Source of the DNA: a virus
DNA: 58,821 nt
IMG/VR virus record: IMGVR_UViG_3300037875_000261
Reading direction: 5' to 3' (one strand)
Shown here: positions 49,853 to 58,788 of the stretch, one piece after another
How positions within the stretch are numbered: the first letter of the stretch is position 1
Layout: each line of letters begins with the position of its first letter
Translations under genes and position numbers: made by a program
The notes under the pieces: model-generated
What the model was told of the DNA's origin: nothing
Database searches by the model: none
Seen by the model: the letters and a program-made list of their open reading frames with translations, nothing else

Positions 49853-52102
49853 TTATGACTCGACGGGCGCGAGGCCCGGCTGCCATCCGTGAACGAGAAA
49901 GCCGCCGAACGTCTGACGCGCTGCGCTCTTCTTCTCGCGTGCGAAGTGACTCATGCCCTGCACGTCGCCGATGATCGTCACGGCTTCCGCCGCGCGACTC
50001 ACCCCGGTGTAGAGCAGGTTGCGGTCGTGCATGATCCAATGTTTCGACGACGCGACGACGACGACCATCGGCCACTCACTCCCCTGCGCCTTGTGGATCG
50101 TCATCGCGTACGCCACCTCGACGTTGATGCGCTTCGCCGCCGGGATCGTAACCTCGCGACCGCTGTCGGTGATGAGGTTCATCGCGCCGCCCTTGAGCAT
50201 GCCGACGACCGTCGCCTGCGTGCCGTTGAACAGGTCAAGCTCGTAGTCGTTCTTCGTCCAGATCACGCGGTCGCCGATAACCGGCTTCGGCGATCGACCG
50301 TCGGGCGTCGTCTCGGGCGGCGCGTTGCCGAGCAACCGCTGCCGCAGCTTCTGTAGCTCGACGTTCAGCGCCCACGTTCCGAGCGGTCCCTTCTTCATCG
50401 GCGCGAGCACCTGAATGTCCCACGCCGGATCGAGATGCCGGTTGAACGGTTGCAGCGGAGTCGGCGCGGTGACGATCGACTCGATCATCATCGCGACCAT
50501 CGCCGCCGTTCCCTCTTCGTGTCCCTTCTCGGTTCGCTGCACCCCCCACGGCGGCGTCTCCTGCATGACGACGACGCCGTCGAGCAGCGCGGTCGTGTTG
50601 ACCGCGAGCACGCCAGCCTGACGCACGATCTCCGTGAGCACATGCACCGACTCGGGGTACGAATCCCGAGCCGCGAGGATGTCGCGCAGGATCGCGCCCG
50701 GCCCGACGCTCGGGATCTGGTGGTGATCGCCGACGAGCAGCAGTCGCGTCGTCGGCTTCAGCGCATCGAGGAGCGAACGCATCAGGCGCACGTCGACCAT
50801 CGACACCTCGTCGAGTACGACGAGCCCGACGTCCAGCGGGTTGCCCGAGTTGCGCGTGAACGTGAAGCCACCCGTCTCGCTGTCGAATATCGGCTCAAGC
50901 AGGCGATGGATCGTCTGCGCCGAACGCCCGGTCGCCTGCGACAGTTTGCGCGCGGCCTTGCCGGTCGGCGCGCACAACTCGACGCTGACGCCAGCCGACT
51001 CGGCGATCGAGCACACGGCGTCCATCGCGTACGTCTTGCCGACGCCCGCGCCCCCCGAGATCACGCTGTACCTGCGCCGTGCGAACCCTTCGAGCGCAGC
51101 GGCCTGCCCGTCGTTCAGGGACGCGACGAGCGCGCGCAGCTTGGGCGTGGACGCACCGCGTAGCGGGGCGACGCCGCCGTCGTCGAGCCCCCGACGCAGC
51201 GCGCTGAACACGCTGAACTCCGCCGCCGCGAGCCGGGCGTCGGCGACGACCTCGGCACCGAGCGGCGATCGGTCGACGTGGATCGAGCCGTCGGCGATCA
51301 GGGACGCGAGCGCCCCGGCGATCTTGTCCTCGCCGTCGATCGTGTCGGGCCGAAGCTCCTGCGTCGACTCGTCCAGCAGCGCCTCGCGCGTCGTCCATGT
51401 GTTCCCGTTCTGCGATATGCGATCAATGCAGAACGCGACGCCAGCGTAGAGCCGCTGCGGGTCGGTCGACTTGACGCCCATCTTGCGCGCGACGGTGTCG
51501 ACCGTCTTGAAGCCGAAGCGGGGGATCTTGCCGATCAGCATGTAGGGATCACTGCCGACGAGCGCGGGCGCGTTGTCGCCGAGCTTGTTGACGATCGCCT
51601 GAGCCTGCGCGTTCGACCAGCCGACGTCGGCGAGCGCAGCGAGCGCGTCGAAGTATGCGCGCTTCTCGTTCCAGAGCGCAGCCGCGTCGGTGACGATACC
51701 GATCGTCACGCCCGAGCGTTCGGCGACTTCGGCGGGGTACTCGCACAGCGCACTCGCGACGCTGCCGTCGGTCGAGAGGGACAGCGCGGCGTCGACGACC
51801 TTCTTGGCGCGCGACGGGCCGAGCCCCTTGAACCGCTTGTCAGTCGCGAGCATGTGCGCGAGCGCGTCGGGACTCTCGTCCATCTTGACGAGCCCAGTCT
51901 CGACCTCGAACTGCTTGCCGAACTTCGGATGACGGGTCCACTTGCCCGTGACTTCGAGCTTGTCGCCCGGCTGCGCGGCGACCTTGCCGCTGAAGCGGAT
52001 CTCGCCGCCGCCCTCTTCGGCGAGAACGCCAGCCATGAACGGCGAGTCTGGGTTGCAGAAGAACACGCGGCCAACGACGCCGCGACGGATTTCGGTTGTC
52101 AT
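49853..52102 (-). CDS. RecD-like SF1 DNA helicase (749 aa)
   Basis: Walker A ISGGAGVGKT, Walker B VVLDEVSMV, LLLVGDHHQIPSVGPG, and a C-terminal YAMTIHKAQGSEW motif. Confidence 0.85.
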   Translation of the reverse strand: MTTEIRRGVVGRVFFCNPDSPFMAGVLAEEGGGEIRFSGKVAAQPGDKLEVTGKWTRHPKFGKQFEVETGLVKMDESPDALAHMLATDKRFKGLGPSRAKKVVDAALSLSTDGSVASALCEYPAEVAERSGVTIGIVTDAAALWNEKRAYFDALAALADVGWSNAQAQAIVNKLGDNAPALVGSDPYMLIGKIPRFGFKTVDTVARKMGVKSTDPQRLYAGVAFCIDRISQNGNTWTTREALLDESTQELRPDTIDGEDKIAGALASLIADGSIHVDRSPLGAEVVADARLAAAEFSVFSALRRGLDDGGVAPLRGASTPKLRALVASLNDGQAAALEGFARRRYSVISGGAGVGKTYAMDAVCSIAESAGVSVELCAPTGKAARKLSQATGRSAQTIHRLLEPIFDSETGGFTFTRNSGNPLDVGLVVLDEVSMVDVRLMRSLLDALKPTTRLLLVGDHHQIPSVGPGAILRDILAARDSYPESVHVLTEIVRQAGVLAVNTTALLDGVVVMQETPPWGVQRTEKGHEEGTAAMVAMMIESIVTAPTPLQPFNRHLDPAWDIQVLAPMKKGPLGTWALNVELQKLRQRLLGNAPPETTPDGRSPKPVIGDRVIWTKNDYELDLFNGTQATVVGMLKGGAMNLITDSGREVTIPAAKRINVEVAYAMTIHKAQGSEWPMVVVVASSKHWIMHDRNLLYTGVSRAAEAVTIIGDVQGMSHFAREKKSAARQTFGGFLVHGWQPGLAPVES

Positions 52103-52148
52103 GATTTTCTCTCGGTGGTGGTTACGGGTTGTGGATGGATCGCCGGTT

Positions 52149-52195
52149 GCCTCGCTCTTGCGAGGCGACGTCCATGCCGACGCGTATCGCGTCGG
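52149..52195 (-). terminator. two tandem hairpins upstream of the helicase leader
   Basis: gcctcgc-tctt-gcgaggc (52149-52166) and ccgacgcg-tat-cgcgtcgg (52177-52195). Confidence 0.35.
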
Positions 52196-52219
52196 TGTTC
52201 GATGTCGAAGCCGTCGCGG

Positions 52220-52648
52220 TTACGCGCCGAGCTTCTTCGCTGCCATGCCCAGGAACGCGCCCGCGAGCACCTGCGCCTCGGCGCGGCTGCCAGCGAGATG
52301 CACCTGTACGTTCTGCGCGACGCTGACCTCGGCGACGAATCCCATCACGACGGATGGCGATACTCGCGAGGTGTACCTGCCCGCCATGATCTCGCGCACG
52401 CCCGCCTCGACGATCACACATCGGAAGTCGAACGCGCGCAGGCGTTCAAGCTCGCGATAGAACCGAGCGCGTTCACGCAGCACGGTTCCGGTCCAGTCGT
52501 CGAGAGACTTGCGCTCGATCGCGACGCGATGTTCGAGCCCCCTGATCGAGTAGTCCCCGCTGTCGAGCTTCGCGCGTTCGAGCGTGACGCCCCGCTGGCC
52601 CTCGAAGGTCCACGGTGTACGCTCGCGCGTGTCGACGACGACGATCAT
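52220..52648 (-). CDS. ERCC4/Mus81-type nuclease, a possible junction resolvase (142 aa)
   Basis: VVVDTRE...SGDYSI...AIERKSLDD matches the ERCC4 signature (DxRE, GDY, ERKxxxD). Confidence 0.65.
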   Translation of the reverse strand: MIVVVDTRERTPWTFEGQRGVTLERAKLDSGDYSIRGLEHRVAIERKSLDDWTGTVLRERARFYRELERLRAFDFRCVIVEAGVREIMAGRYTSRVSPSVVMGFVAEVSVAQNVQVHLAGSRAEAQVLAGAFLGMAAKKLGA

Positions 52649-52753
52649 GCCGCGACCGTACGACTGCGATGGGAGTGAAACAAGAAAGGCCCCCCGACAA
52701 CGACGTGGTGCGCACGTTGCCGGGGAGCCCCCGAGAGAGTTGACGCCATCAGC

Positions 52754-53479
52754 CTACGCTGTGGGCGTCCAGTCCTCAAGCCCACCAGCCGACGCGTTCC
52801 CGTCGCCGTGGAGGAACGCCTGACTGGCGCTGGTGTCGATGCCGAGCGGGTCGATGCCCTGCGGCGGACCCGGGGGCGCGGGCGGCGTGGGCGTCGCGAG
52901 AGGATCGCCGACGATCCCAGGCGCGGGCGGTGCGACCTGGGTCTGCGGCGGTGCGGGCGGCGATCCGCCAGCGGGTGCGCCACCGACGATCGCGCTCGTC
53001 TGGGACTGGAACCTCTGCCGCAGTTGCGCGAGCAGATCAGTATCGACGGGCTTGAAGCCGCTGCCCCGCTCGACCGGGCGGTCGGCGTTCGGATTGATCC
53101 ACTCCGCACGGTAGCTCACGTTGCCCTGCCACTCGCTGCGCTGCACGTCGATGATGACGACGACGTCGGGCGGATCACCCGCGAGCAGATCCCAGTTTCC
53201 ATTCCAGATCCCCGCGTCGGCGAGCCCCTTGACCGCGCCGTCGTTCATGTTGCCATCCTTCTTGATGACATACGTCCGGTTGTAGGTGTAGTACCCCGGG
53301 GGCCACGGCTGCGACCATGTGCCCTCGCCCTCGGGGTGCCACTTCTGGATGATGCCGAACTGGATCGCGATCGCTACCGACCCCGAGTCCTTCTTCTCGA
53401 TCGTCCAAGACAACGGCTTCGCACGGTAGCTGCCCGCGCCTTGCTGCTCGTCGATCTGCGTCTGTGCATTCTCGTTCAT
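52754..53479 (-). CDS. hypothetical protein with a Pro-rich C-terminus, in the SSB/annealase-partner position (241 aa)
   Basis: Frame trimmed to the ATG at 53479 (MNENAQTQ...). It lies next to the Sak4-like ATPase. Function not established. Confidence 0.45.
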   Translation of the reverse strand: MNENAQTQIDEQQGAGSYRAKPLSWTIEKKDSGSVAIAIQFGIIQKWHPEGEGTWSQPWPPGYYTYNRTYVIKKDGNMNDGAVKGLADAGIWNGNWDLLAGDPPDVVVIIDVQRSEWQGNVSYRAEWINPNADRPVERGSGFKPVDTDLLAQLRQRFQSQTSAIVGGAPAGGSPPAPPQTQVAPPAPGIVGDPLATPTPPAPPGPPQGIDPLGIDTSASQAFLHGDGNASAGGLEDWTPTA

Positions 53480-53529
53480 AGTTTTCTTTCTGCGCACCGA
53501 ATCGATGTGGTGCGCGGTGGTGGTGAAGG

Positions 53530-54387
53530 TTACTGCGTGATGCCGAGCGCGGACCAGACCGCGCCGGGGTTCTCAAGTTGGAAAGGAAGCGCGACCTGAG
53601 AGACGCGCGACTTCGCGATGTGGGTCGGCATCTCAGCCGAGTAGATAGTTCGGGTGCCGCTGCCCTGGGCCTTGCCCTCCTTCGCGTACACGTCGTACGC
53701 GACGAACAGAACGTGGTCGGCCCACTGCTTGACGCGATCCCGAACGGAACCGCGCCCCTTCTTGTCGCCCGAGAACAGGTGAGGCTCCCATCGGATGTAG
53801 TCCTCGCCCATCGGGTTCGGCACGGGCGACGCGACTTCGTGAGCGATCAGGCAGACGTTGATACCCTTGCTCCAGATCCGGTCGAGGTCGGCGAGCAGTC
53901 CGTTGAACTCTTCGTACACGAACTGCCACCCCTTCCCCCATCCGAAGCCTTCGATCGAGTCGACGCTCTTGCCCTTCTCGGTCGAGCGCGTCGAGATGAC
54001 GTGCTCCTTCGCGAGTTCTTCGGCGACGGTCACCGTGTCGACCACGATCGACTTGACGCCCTTCGGCGGGCTGGCCTCGATCGACGCGAGCATGCCGCGC
54101 AACGTGAGCCAGTCGGTGACGTCGCCAGCGTTGGCGATGGGAAGGTGGGTCGCACCGTTCTCGACGTCGAACCAGAGGGCACCGGGCAAGTACATCGCGA
54201 GCGTGCTCTTGCCGATGCCTCCGGTCCCGTAGATGACAATGCGTTCCGCTGTACTGCGGACGCCTGTCGTGATCTTGAGCGGCAGCGCCGTCGGCACGGA
54301 TGCGCGCGGCGACTGCTTCAAGGTTGCGGCGGGGGCCGACGGCGGTGCGGGTGCAGGCGCGGGCGGCGGGGCGGGTGTTTTACTCAT
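53530..54387 (-). CDS. RecA-like/AAA_24 (Sak4-like) ATPase (285 aa)
   Basis: Frame trimmed to the ATG at 54387. Walker A IYGTGGIGKST, Walker B-like SIVVDTV. Confidence 0.65.
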   Translation of the reverse strand: MSKTPAPPPAPAPAPPSAPAATLKQSPRASVPTALPLKITTGVRSTAERIVIYGTGGIGKSTLAMYLPGALWFDVENGATHLPIANAGDVTDWLTLRGMLASIEASPPKGVKSIVVDTVTVAEELAKEHVISTRSTEKGKSVDSIEGFGWGKGWQFVYEEFNGLLADLDRIWSKGINVCLIAHEVASPVPNPMGEDYIRWEPHLFSGDKKGRGSVRDRVKQWADHVLFVAYDVYAKEGKAQGSGTRTIYSAEMPTHIAKSRVSQVALPFQLENPGAVWSALGITQ

Positions 54388-54433
54388 GAACGAATCCTTG
54401 TGTCCTCTGAGCGAGGTGGTGGGTTGTGAAGTG

Positions 54434-55924
54434 CTACGAGAGTTCCGGGTGGAGTTTCTCGCGGCGGCGAAAGCCGGTCGGGACGATACCCGATTGCGGG
54501 CGTACGTTGCTCTCACAAAGTGAGAAGAAGTCGCACGAATACTGTTCGCACGCTCCGGGGTTGCGGTGCAGCAGACCGTTCTGCTCGGCGTAGCTGATCA
54601 GATCGACCTGCGACTTGAGGTTGTGCATCAGCTCGTCGTAGTCGCCCTCGGTGCGAGTGATCTCGCGACGGGCGAAGTAGAACTCGGGACGCTCCCCGAT
54701 GTCCTGCGTGAGTCGTGCGCCGTACATCTCGTTCGATTCCTGACCGACGGCGATCGCGTCTTCGATGTGCGATTCGTGAAACTGCTCGCCGCAGTAGTCG
54801 GCGTAAGCGGGCGAGATCGTGTCGCCGAATTCCGCGCGCATCCTCTCGACGTCCTTCTTGATCAGACGCTTCGGCTTGATCGTCGGCTTCTTCGTCACGT
54901 CGAGCAGGATGAACGACGGGCGCTCACCGAGCGCAAGCGCGTACAGACCGACCTGCGTGTTCAGCCGCCAGCGTCGCCAGTACATCGAGTCGTCGCCGAG
55001 CGAGTCGCCGGTCGTCTTGATCTCCTTCACGCCGATCCGCCCGGTCGCCTTGTGCCGCAGCACGTCGTCGATCGCGCCCTTGTAGGTGACGCCTTCGTGC
55101 TCGATCTCGAATTCGTGCTCGGCACCGACCGACTCGTACGCGTCGTCGTGCTGCGACCAGTACCAGCCGTGCGCGGCGTACATGCGACGCAGCTTCTCGT
55201 TCCAGAGTTCGTTCGGCGCGTGCTTCGCGATCGCGAGGTACGGATCGAGCAGAGCACTTAGCGCGCTGTCGCCGCTCGCCGAGGTGGCTTCGTGCGCCTT
55301 GTGCCAGCACGTCCCGACAGCGAGCGCCTCCTTCTCCTCGTCGGCGTCGAGTTCGATGCGCTCGACGTACTGCCACTGGTACTTGCGCAGGCACGACCGC
55401 GCGGTCGTGAGCAGCGAGTTCGTGTACGACCCGACCGACTGCGTGGTGGCGTGTCGCCTCGGCACGACCTCCTCGTCGGGCGCTACCTCGACGCGGCTGC
55501 CCGGCGACCCGAACTGCCGCCGGTCGGCGACCATCCCCGACAGCGTGCCGCGCTTCGTCGTCAGCCCGTTGCGACCGACGCCCTCGTATGTAAGGCGACG
55601 CTCCTTCGCGGGGCTGTGCGCCATCGAGAGCGGAGCGTACGCGCGGAGCATGGAATTCGGCGTCGTGTCCCCCTTGCCGACGACGACGACGTCGTCGCCG
55701 CACTGCATGTCGATGAGTTCGTGCAGCGCCTCGACGACGGTCAACTCGAACGACCGCTTCTTCTTCGGCGGCCTCTCCTTGTCGGCGCACACGTTGCACA
55801 ACCAGCGCCCCGAGACGACGCCGACGTGCGCCTCGTCCTTCGTGGCCCCCGCGTACGTCCCGCTGATATGCGCTTCGCACATTTCGCAGCAGAGGTAATC
55901 GGTTTCATTCGTGGTGGTATTCAT
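54434..55924 (-). CDS. PD-(D/E)XK nuclease, Cas4/RecB-like, with a C-terminal Cys cluster (496 aa)
   Basis: Frame trimmed to the ATG at 55924 (MNTTTNETD...). GAIDDVL...VKEIKTTG is the D...ExK core. C-terminal cluster CEQYSCDFFSLC. N-terminal zinc-ribbon-like CCEMCE...CNVC. Confidence 0.6.
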   Translation of the reverse strand: MNTTTNETDYLCCEMCEAHISGTYAGATKDEAHVGVVSGRWLCNVCADKERPPKKKRSFELTVVEALHELIDMQCGDDVVVVGKGDTTPNSMLRAYAPLSMAHSPAKERRLTYEGVGRNGLTTKRGTLSGMVADRRQFGSPGSRVEVAPDEEVVPRRHATTQSVGSYTNSLLTTARSCLRKYQWQYVERIELDADEEKEALAVGTCWHKAHEATSASGDSALSALLDPYLAIAKHAPNELWNEKLRRMYAAHGWYWSQHDDAYESVGAEHEFEIEHEGVTYKGAIDDVLRHKATGRIGVKEIKTTGDSLGDDSMYWRRWRLNTQVGLYALALGERPSFILLDVTKKPTIKPKRLIKKDVERMRAEFGDTISPAYADYCGEQFHESHIEDAIAVGQESNEMYGARLTQDIGERPEFYFARREITRTEGDYDELMHNLKSQVDLISYAEQNGLLHRNPGACEQYSCDFFSLCESNVRPQSGIVPTGFRRREKLHPELS

Positions 55925-55929
55925 ATCCT

Positions 55930-56427
55930 TCAGTTTCCTTTTCTCGCACAGACCGGGCCGATGCCCAGTTCGATGCTTTCTGGTGTAGTGAGTTTGCGAT
56001 TGCAGCGGACGCACGCACCTGCTCGAAGCAGCTCGTAGCCTTCCGCGTGCCAGAATCCTTCGTCGCCGCGCAGCGCGAGGTCGAGCATCATCGTGAGCTT
56101 GCGCTCGACGATACTGAACGCCTCGCTCCACGCGTAGCCGTCCACGACTCCGCGCGACCCGTCGCCCCGGTGCTTCCTCCACACGTTCGCCTTGCCCTTG
56201 CCTTCCGCGTCGTCGTCCCAGAAGGCGACGCCCATGTAGTCGGCGGTGTTGTCGGAACCGACGAGCAGCGCGATGATGCGCTTCCCCGCGAGCCCGCCCT
56301 TCAACGCCGTGCGCACCTCGACGGTGAAGTGCGCGCGGTCGGGATGCGACACGGTGTAGGTTCCGTTCTGCAAGCGCGGGGCGGCAGAGCGCATGGCTTC
56401 GAGAATCCGGTCAGCCTCTCTTTTCAT
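55930..56427 (-). CDS. hypothetical protein with a DUF6011-like C-terminus (165 aa)
   Basis: The ATG at 56427 follows GAAAGGAACCACCACC. C-terminal CVRCNRKLTTPESIELGIGPVCARK. Confidence 0.5.
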   Translation of the reverse strand: MKREADRILEAMRSAAPRLQNGTYTVSHPDRAHFTVEVRTALKGGLAGKRIIALLVGSDNTADYMGVAFWDDDAEGKGKANVWRKHRGDGSRGVVDGYAWSEAFSIVERKLTMMLDLALRGDEGFWHAEGYELLRAGACVRCNRKLTTPESIELGIGPVCARKGN

Positions 56428-56445
56428 GGTGGTGGTTCCTTTCAA

Positions 56446-56736
56446 TTACTTCTTCGTGGTGGTTCCGAGCGCGCGGCGTGTACAGCCGAGCGCCTTCGAT
56501 ACGGCTGTCGCCTGCGAGGCCGTCGGCGTTGCCTCGCCGAGTTCCCAGCGCGCGAGCGTCGAGCTAGTGGCGGGCGTGCTGAACTGCACGCGCAACATCG
56601 CCGCCAGCATCGTCCGCGTCATGCCCTTCAGTTCACGACGATCGCGCATCGCGACGCCGTTCCATCCGAGCCGACCGGGATCAGACTTCGGTCGCCCGCC
56701 CCGCTTCGTCGCGCCGCGTCGTGTCGTCTTCTTCAT
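56446..56736 (-). CDS. XRE-family HTH regulator (96 aa)
   Basis: RRELKGMTRTMLAAML...TLARWELGEATPTASQATAVSKALG. Confidence 0.6.
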   Translation of the reverse strand: MKKTTRRGATKRGGRPKSDPGRLGWNGVAMRDRRELKGMTRTMLAAMLRVQFSTPATSSTLARWELGEATPTASQATAVSKALGCTRRALGTTTKK

Positions 56737-56737
56737 G

Positions 56738-57079
56738 TCAGTCCTTCGTGGGTAGGGTCGGCAGCGTGCCGACGTTCAGTTGAACATTGCCGTCATCGTC
56801 GACGGAAACGGCGGCGGCGGATGGTGCCGCCTTCGGGTCACGCGACTCGGGCTGCGCGAACGGCATCGGCTCGTCGATCGGTTCGTCGAGCGAGGCCCGC
56901 AGCGTCTCGATCCCTTCGCCGAGCGCGACGACGCAGTCGCGTCGGATCTCAGTCTCGAACGCGAGCAGCGCGATGCGGATACCGACGACGTCGAGCCCGA
57001 ACCGATCCCCCCGCGTATCGTTCACGATCTCGCAGATTCTTCCGAGCGTCGCTTCGTAGCTCGTCTGGTCCGCGCTCAT
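56738..57079 (-). CDS. hypothetical acidic protein (113 aa)
   Basis: Frame trimmed to the ATG at 57079, which overlaps the upstream TGA (ATGA). Confidence 0.5.
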   Translation of the reverse strand: MSADQTSYEATLGRICEIVNDTRGDRFGLDVVGIRIALLAFETEIRRDCVVALGEGIETLRASLDEPIDEPMPFAQPESRDPKAAPSAAAVSVDDDGNVQLNVGTLPTLPTKD

Positions 57080-57333
57080 CGGACCACCCACTCGCAGACG
57101 TCGCCCGGCTGCCCGTGCCCGACGTGGTAGGTGCCGCCGCTGCCCGTCCGCACCGGGGCTGGGGGGGTGCCCCGTAGCGCCCCACACGGCGCGCTGTGCG
57201 GGCGCGTGCTGGACTTTGGGCCGATACGGGACTCGGACGCCGGGTGGATCATCGAGTGCGCCACAGCGACGCACGCGGCGAGCCCGAGCCCGAGCACGAT
57301 GCCGAGCAGAAGATAGAATCGGGTGTCGGTCAT
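57076..57333 (-). CDS. small lipoprotein (85 aa)
   Basis: MTDTRFYLLLGIVLGLGLAAC is a signal plus lipobox. It is coupled at both ends (TGATG and ATGA). The gene contains the 26-nt element and a GGTGCCCC copy. Confidence 0.45.
   Translation of the reverse strand: MTDTRFYLLLGIVLGLGLAACVAVAHSMIHPASESRIGPKSSTRPHSAPCGALRGTPPAPVRTGSGGTYHVGHGQPGDVCEWVVR
57205..57230. repeat. 26-nt element, copy 2
   Basis: cgtgctggactttgggccgatacggg matches 46221-46246 at 24/26 positions. GGTGCCCC lies at 57166-57173. Confidence 0.8.
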
Positions 57334-57545
57334 CAGGATACCTCGACCCATCGCATGCACGTCGCGAGCAGGTTGTCGTAGTCGCCGCTCATCGCTTCGC
57401 TGACGAACGTCTCGATCTCGGCGCGATCAACCGCCGCCCGGTCCAGCGCCCTCTTGACGATCCCGATCAGGTTGAAGGCGTTCCCGTCTTCGCCCGTGAG
57501 CGCGACCTCGATGTCGGGGTACTTGGGTCCGTTAGTTGTAACCAT
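57333..57545 (-). CDS. hypothetical protein (70 aa)
   Basis: Complete ORF. Leader ACCACCACCGAACGAAAGGACAGGAATG. Confidence 0.55.
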   Translation of the reverse strand: MVTTNGPKYPDIEVALTGEDGNAFNLIGIVKRALDRAAVDRAEIETFVSEAMSGDYDNLLATCMRWVEVS

Positions 57546-57608
57546 TCCTGTCCTTTCGTTCGGTGGTGGTTCGCCGACCGACGAACGTGTCGCCCGGCAC
57601 CGCGTAAA

Positions 57609-57642
57609 CCCCGCGCCCCCTGCCGAAGCAGAGGACGCGGGG
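57609..57642 (-). terminator. 15-bp hairpin with a UUCG tetraloop
   Basis: Minus strand CCCCGCGUCCUCUGC-UUCG-GCAGGGGGCGCGGGG (two G.U pairs), followed by TTTAC. Confidence 0.55.
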
Positions 57643-57697
57643 GAACAACACTAGCCACCACGTCGGCCACCACAGCCGACGGGTGATTGTCGATCTG

Positions 57698-57784
57698 CTA
57701 CGCGAGGAAGCAGATCATGATCAACGCGCCGAGGAGCGCGTAGACCAAGAAGATCGTGACGCAGTCGAGGCATCGGGTGCTCAT
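57698..57784 (-). CDS. 28-aa hydrophobic peptide
   Basis: MSTRCLDCVTIFLVYALLGALIMICFLA. The ATG overlaps the upstream TGA (ATGA). Confidence 0.3.
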   Translation of the reverse strand: MSTRCLDCVTIFLVYALLGALIMICFLA

Positions 57785-58191
57785 CCGTATATTACCTCGC
57801 CGAACACGCAGCACTGAACGAAGGCGTCGCCAGTATCCGCGTCGTCGTTCTCGTTGACGAGGTCGGCGAAGTGCCTCGGGTAGTCCGCCGCCATGATGCG
57901 CAGACCGACCGCGATCGACTCGCGGTCGAGCCTGTAGCGAGGCTTCTTGCCGTCCTCGTCGTCCTCGATGTCCTCGATGGTGACGTAGCCCTGGGGGTGA
58001 ACCGCGTGCTCGTAGTAATACGAGACGACCGGCCACTCGGCGGGGCTGGCGACGGTGTAGCCGTACTCGGGGCATCGCGCCCAGTAGCCGATGCCGCCCT
58101 CGAACGCGGTGCAGAGCGTGTCCCTGATTCGCTGCTCGCTGATCTCGACGGTCGTGACGATGTTGAAGTTGCTCTCGGTGGTGGTGCTCAT
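57781..58191 (-). CDS. hypothetical protein (136 aa)
   Basis: Frame trimmed to the ATG at 58191 (MSTTTESN...), which overlaps the upstream TGA. Confidence 0.55.
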   Translation of the reverse strand: MSTTTESNFNIVTTVEISEQRIRDTLCTAFEGGIGYWARCPEYGYTVASPAEWPVVSYYYEHAVHPQGYVTIEDIEDDEDGKKPRYRLDRESIAVGLRIMAADYPRHFADLVNENDDADTGDAFVQCCVFGEVIYG

Positions 58192-58505
58192 ACTGGCCTT
58201 TCGGTAGTGGTGTCGGGTCGGGGTATTTCGGCGGGCACTTCGCCAGCGGGGAACACTCGCTCCTCGCCCGCGCCGTTCGTGATCTTCAGCGTCTCCATCT
58301 CGGGCGTATACCTGCCGTTCGCTCGTACCTCGGAAGGTCGGCTCAAGCGGTTGCGGGCGGCCCACGTTGCCGTCGCCGTTCCGTGCGCGAAGACGTCGGG
58401 CCATATCGACTCAAGCGCGAGCGACCGCCGCAACCGGGCGACCTCCTCTGCGTACTTGGCCGACAACTCGGCGAGCCTGCGCGCGCTGTCTTGGATGTCG
58501 TTCAT
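58188..58505 (-). CDS. hypothetical protein (105 aa)
   Basis: Complete ORF. Confidence 0.55.
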   Translation of the reverse strand: MNDIQDSARRLAELSAKYAEEVARLRRSLALESIWPDVFAHGTATATWAARNRLSRPSEVRANGRYTPEMETLKITNGAGEERVFPAGEVPAEIPRPDTTTERPV

Positions 58506-58506
58506 G

Positions 58507-58788
58507 TCAGTCTCCTCCTTCTTCGGTGGGGGGTCCGGGCGTCAGGTGCATCTTCAGCACGGCGATGATCTCGCGCCCGGCGTCGGTCGACGGGTTCACG
58601 TCGTCGCCAGCCTCGACCGACGCGATCAGCGCCGGGTCGGCGGACGCCGCGCGCAGTCCGCTGATGACGACCTGTCGATCAGTGGGCATGCCTTGAAGCG
58701 CGAAGTCGGCGTCGTCTCTCGTCTCGAACACGCTGCCCGTGCAGCGCCAGAGATAATACTCGGGCTCGATGTGTACATGGTTCTTCAT
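58507..58788 (-). CDS. hypothetical protein (93 aa)
   Basis: Complete ORF. The ATG is preceded by the perfect leader that runs off the window end and reappears at 1-33. Confidence 0.6.
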   Translation of the reverse strand: MKNHVHIEPEYYLWRCTGSVFETRDDADFALQGMPTDRQVVISGLRAASADPALIASVEAGDDVNPSTDAGREIIAVLKMHLTPGPPTEEGGD

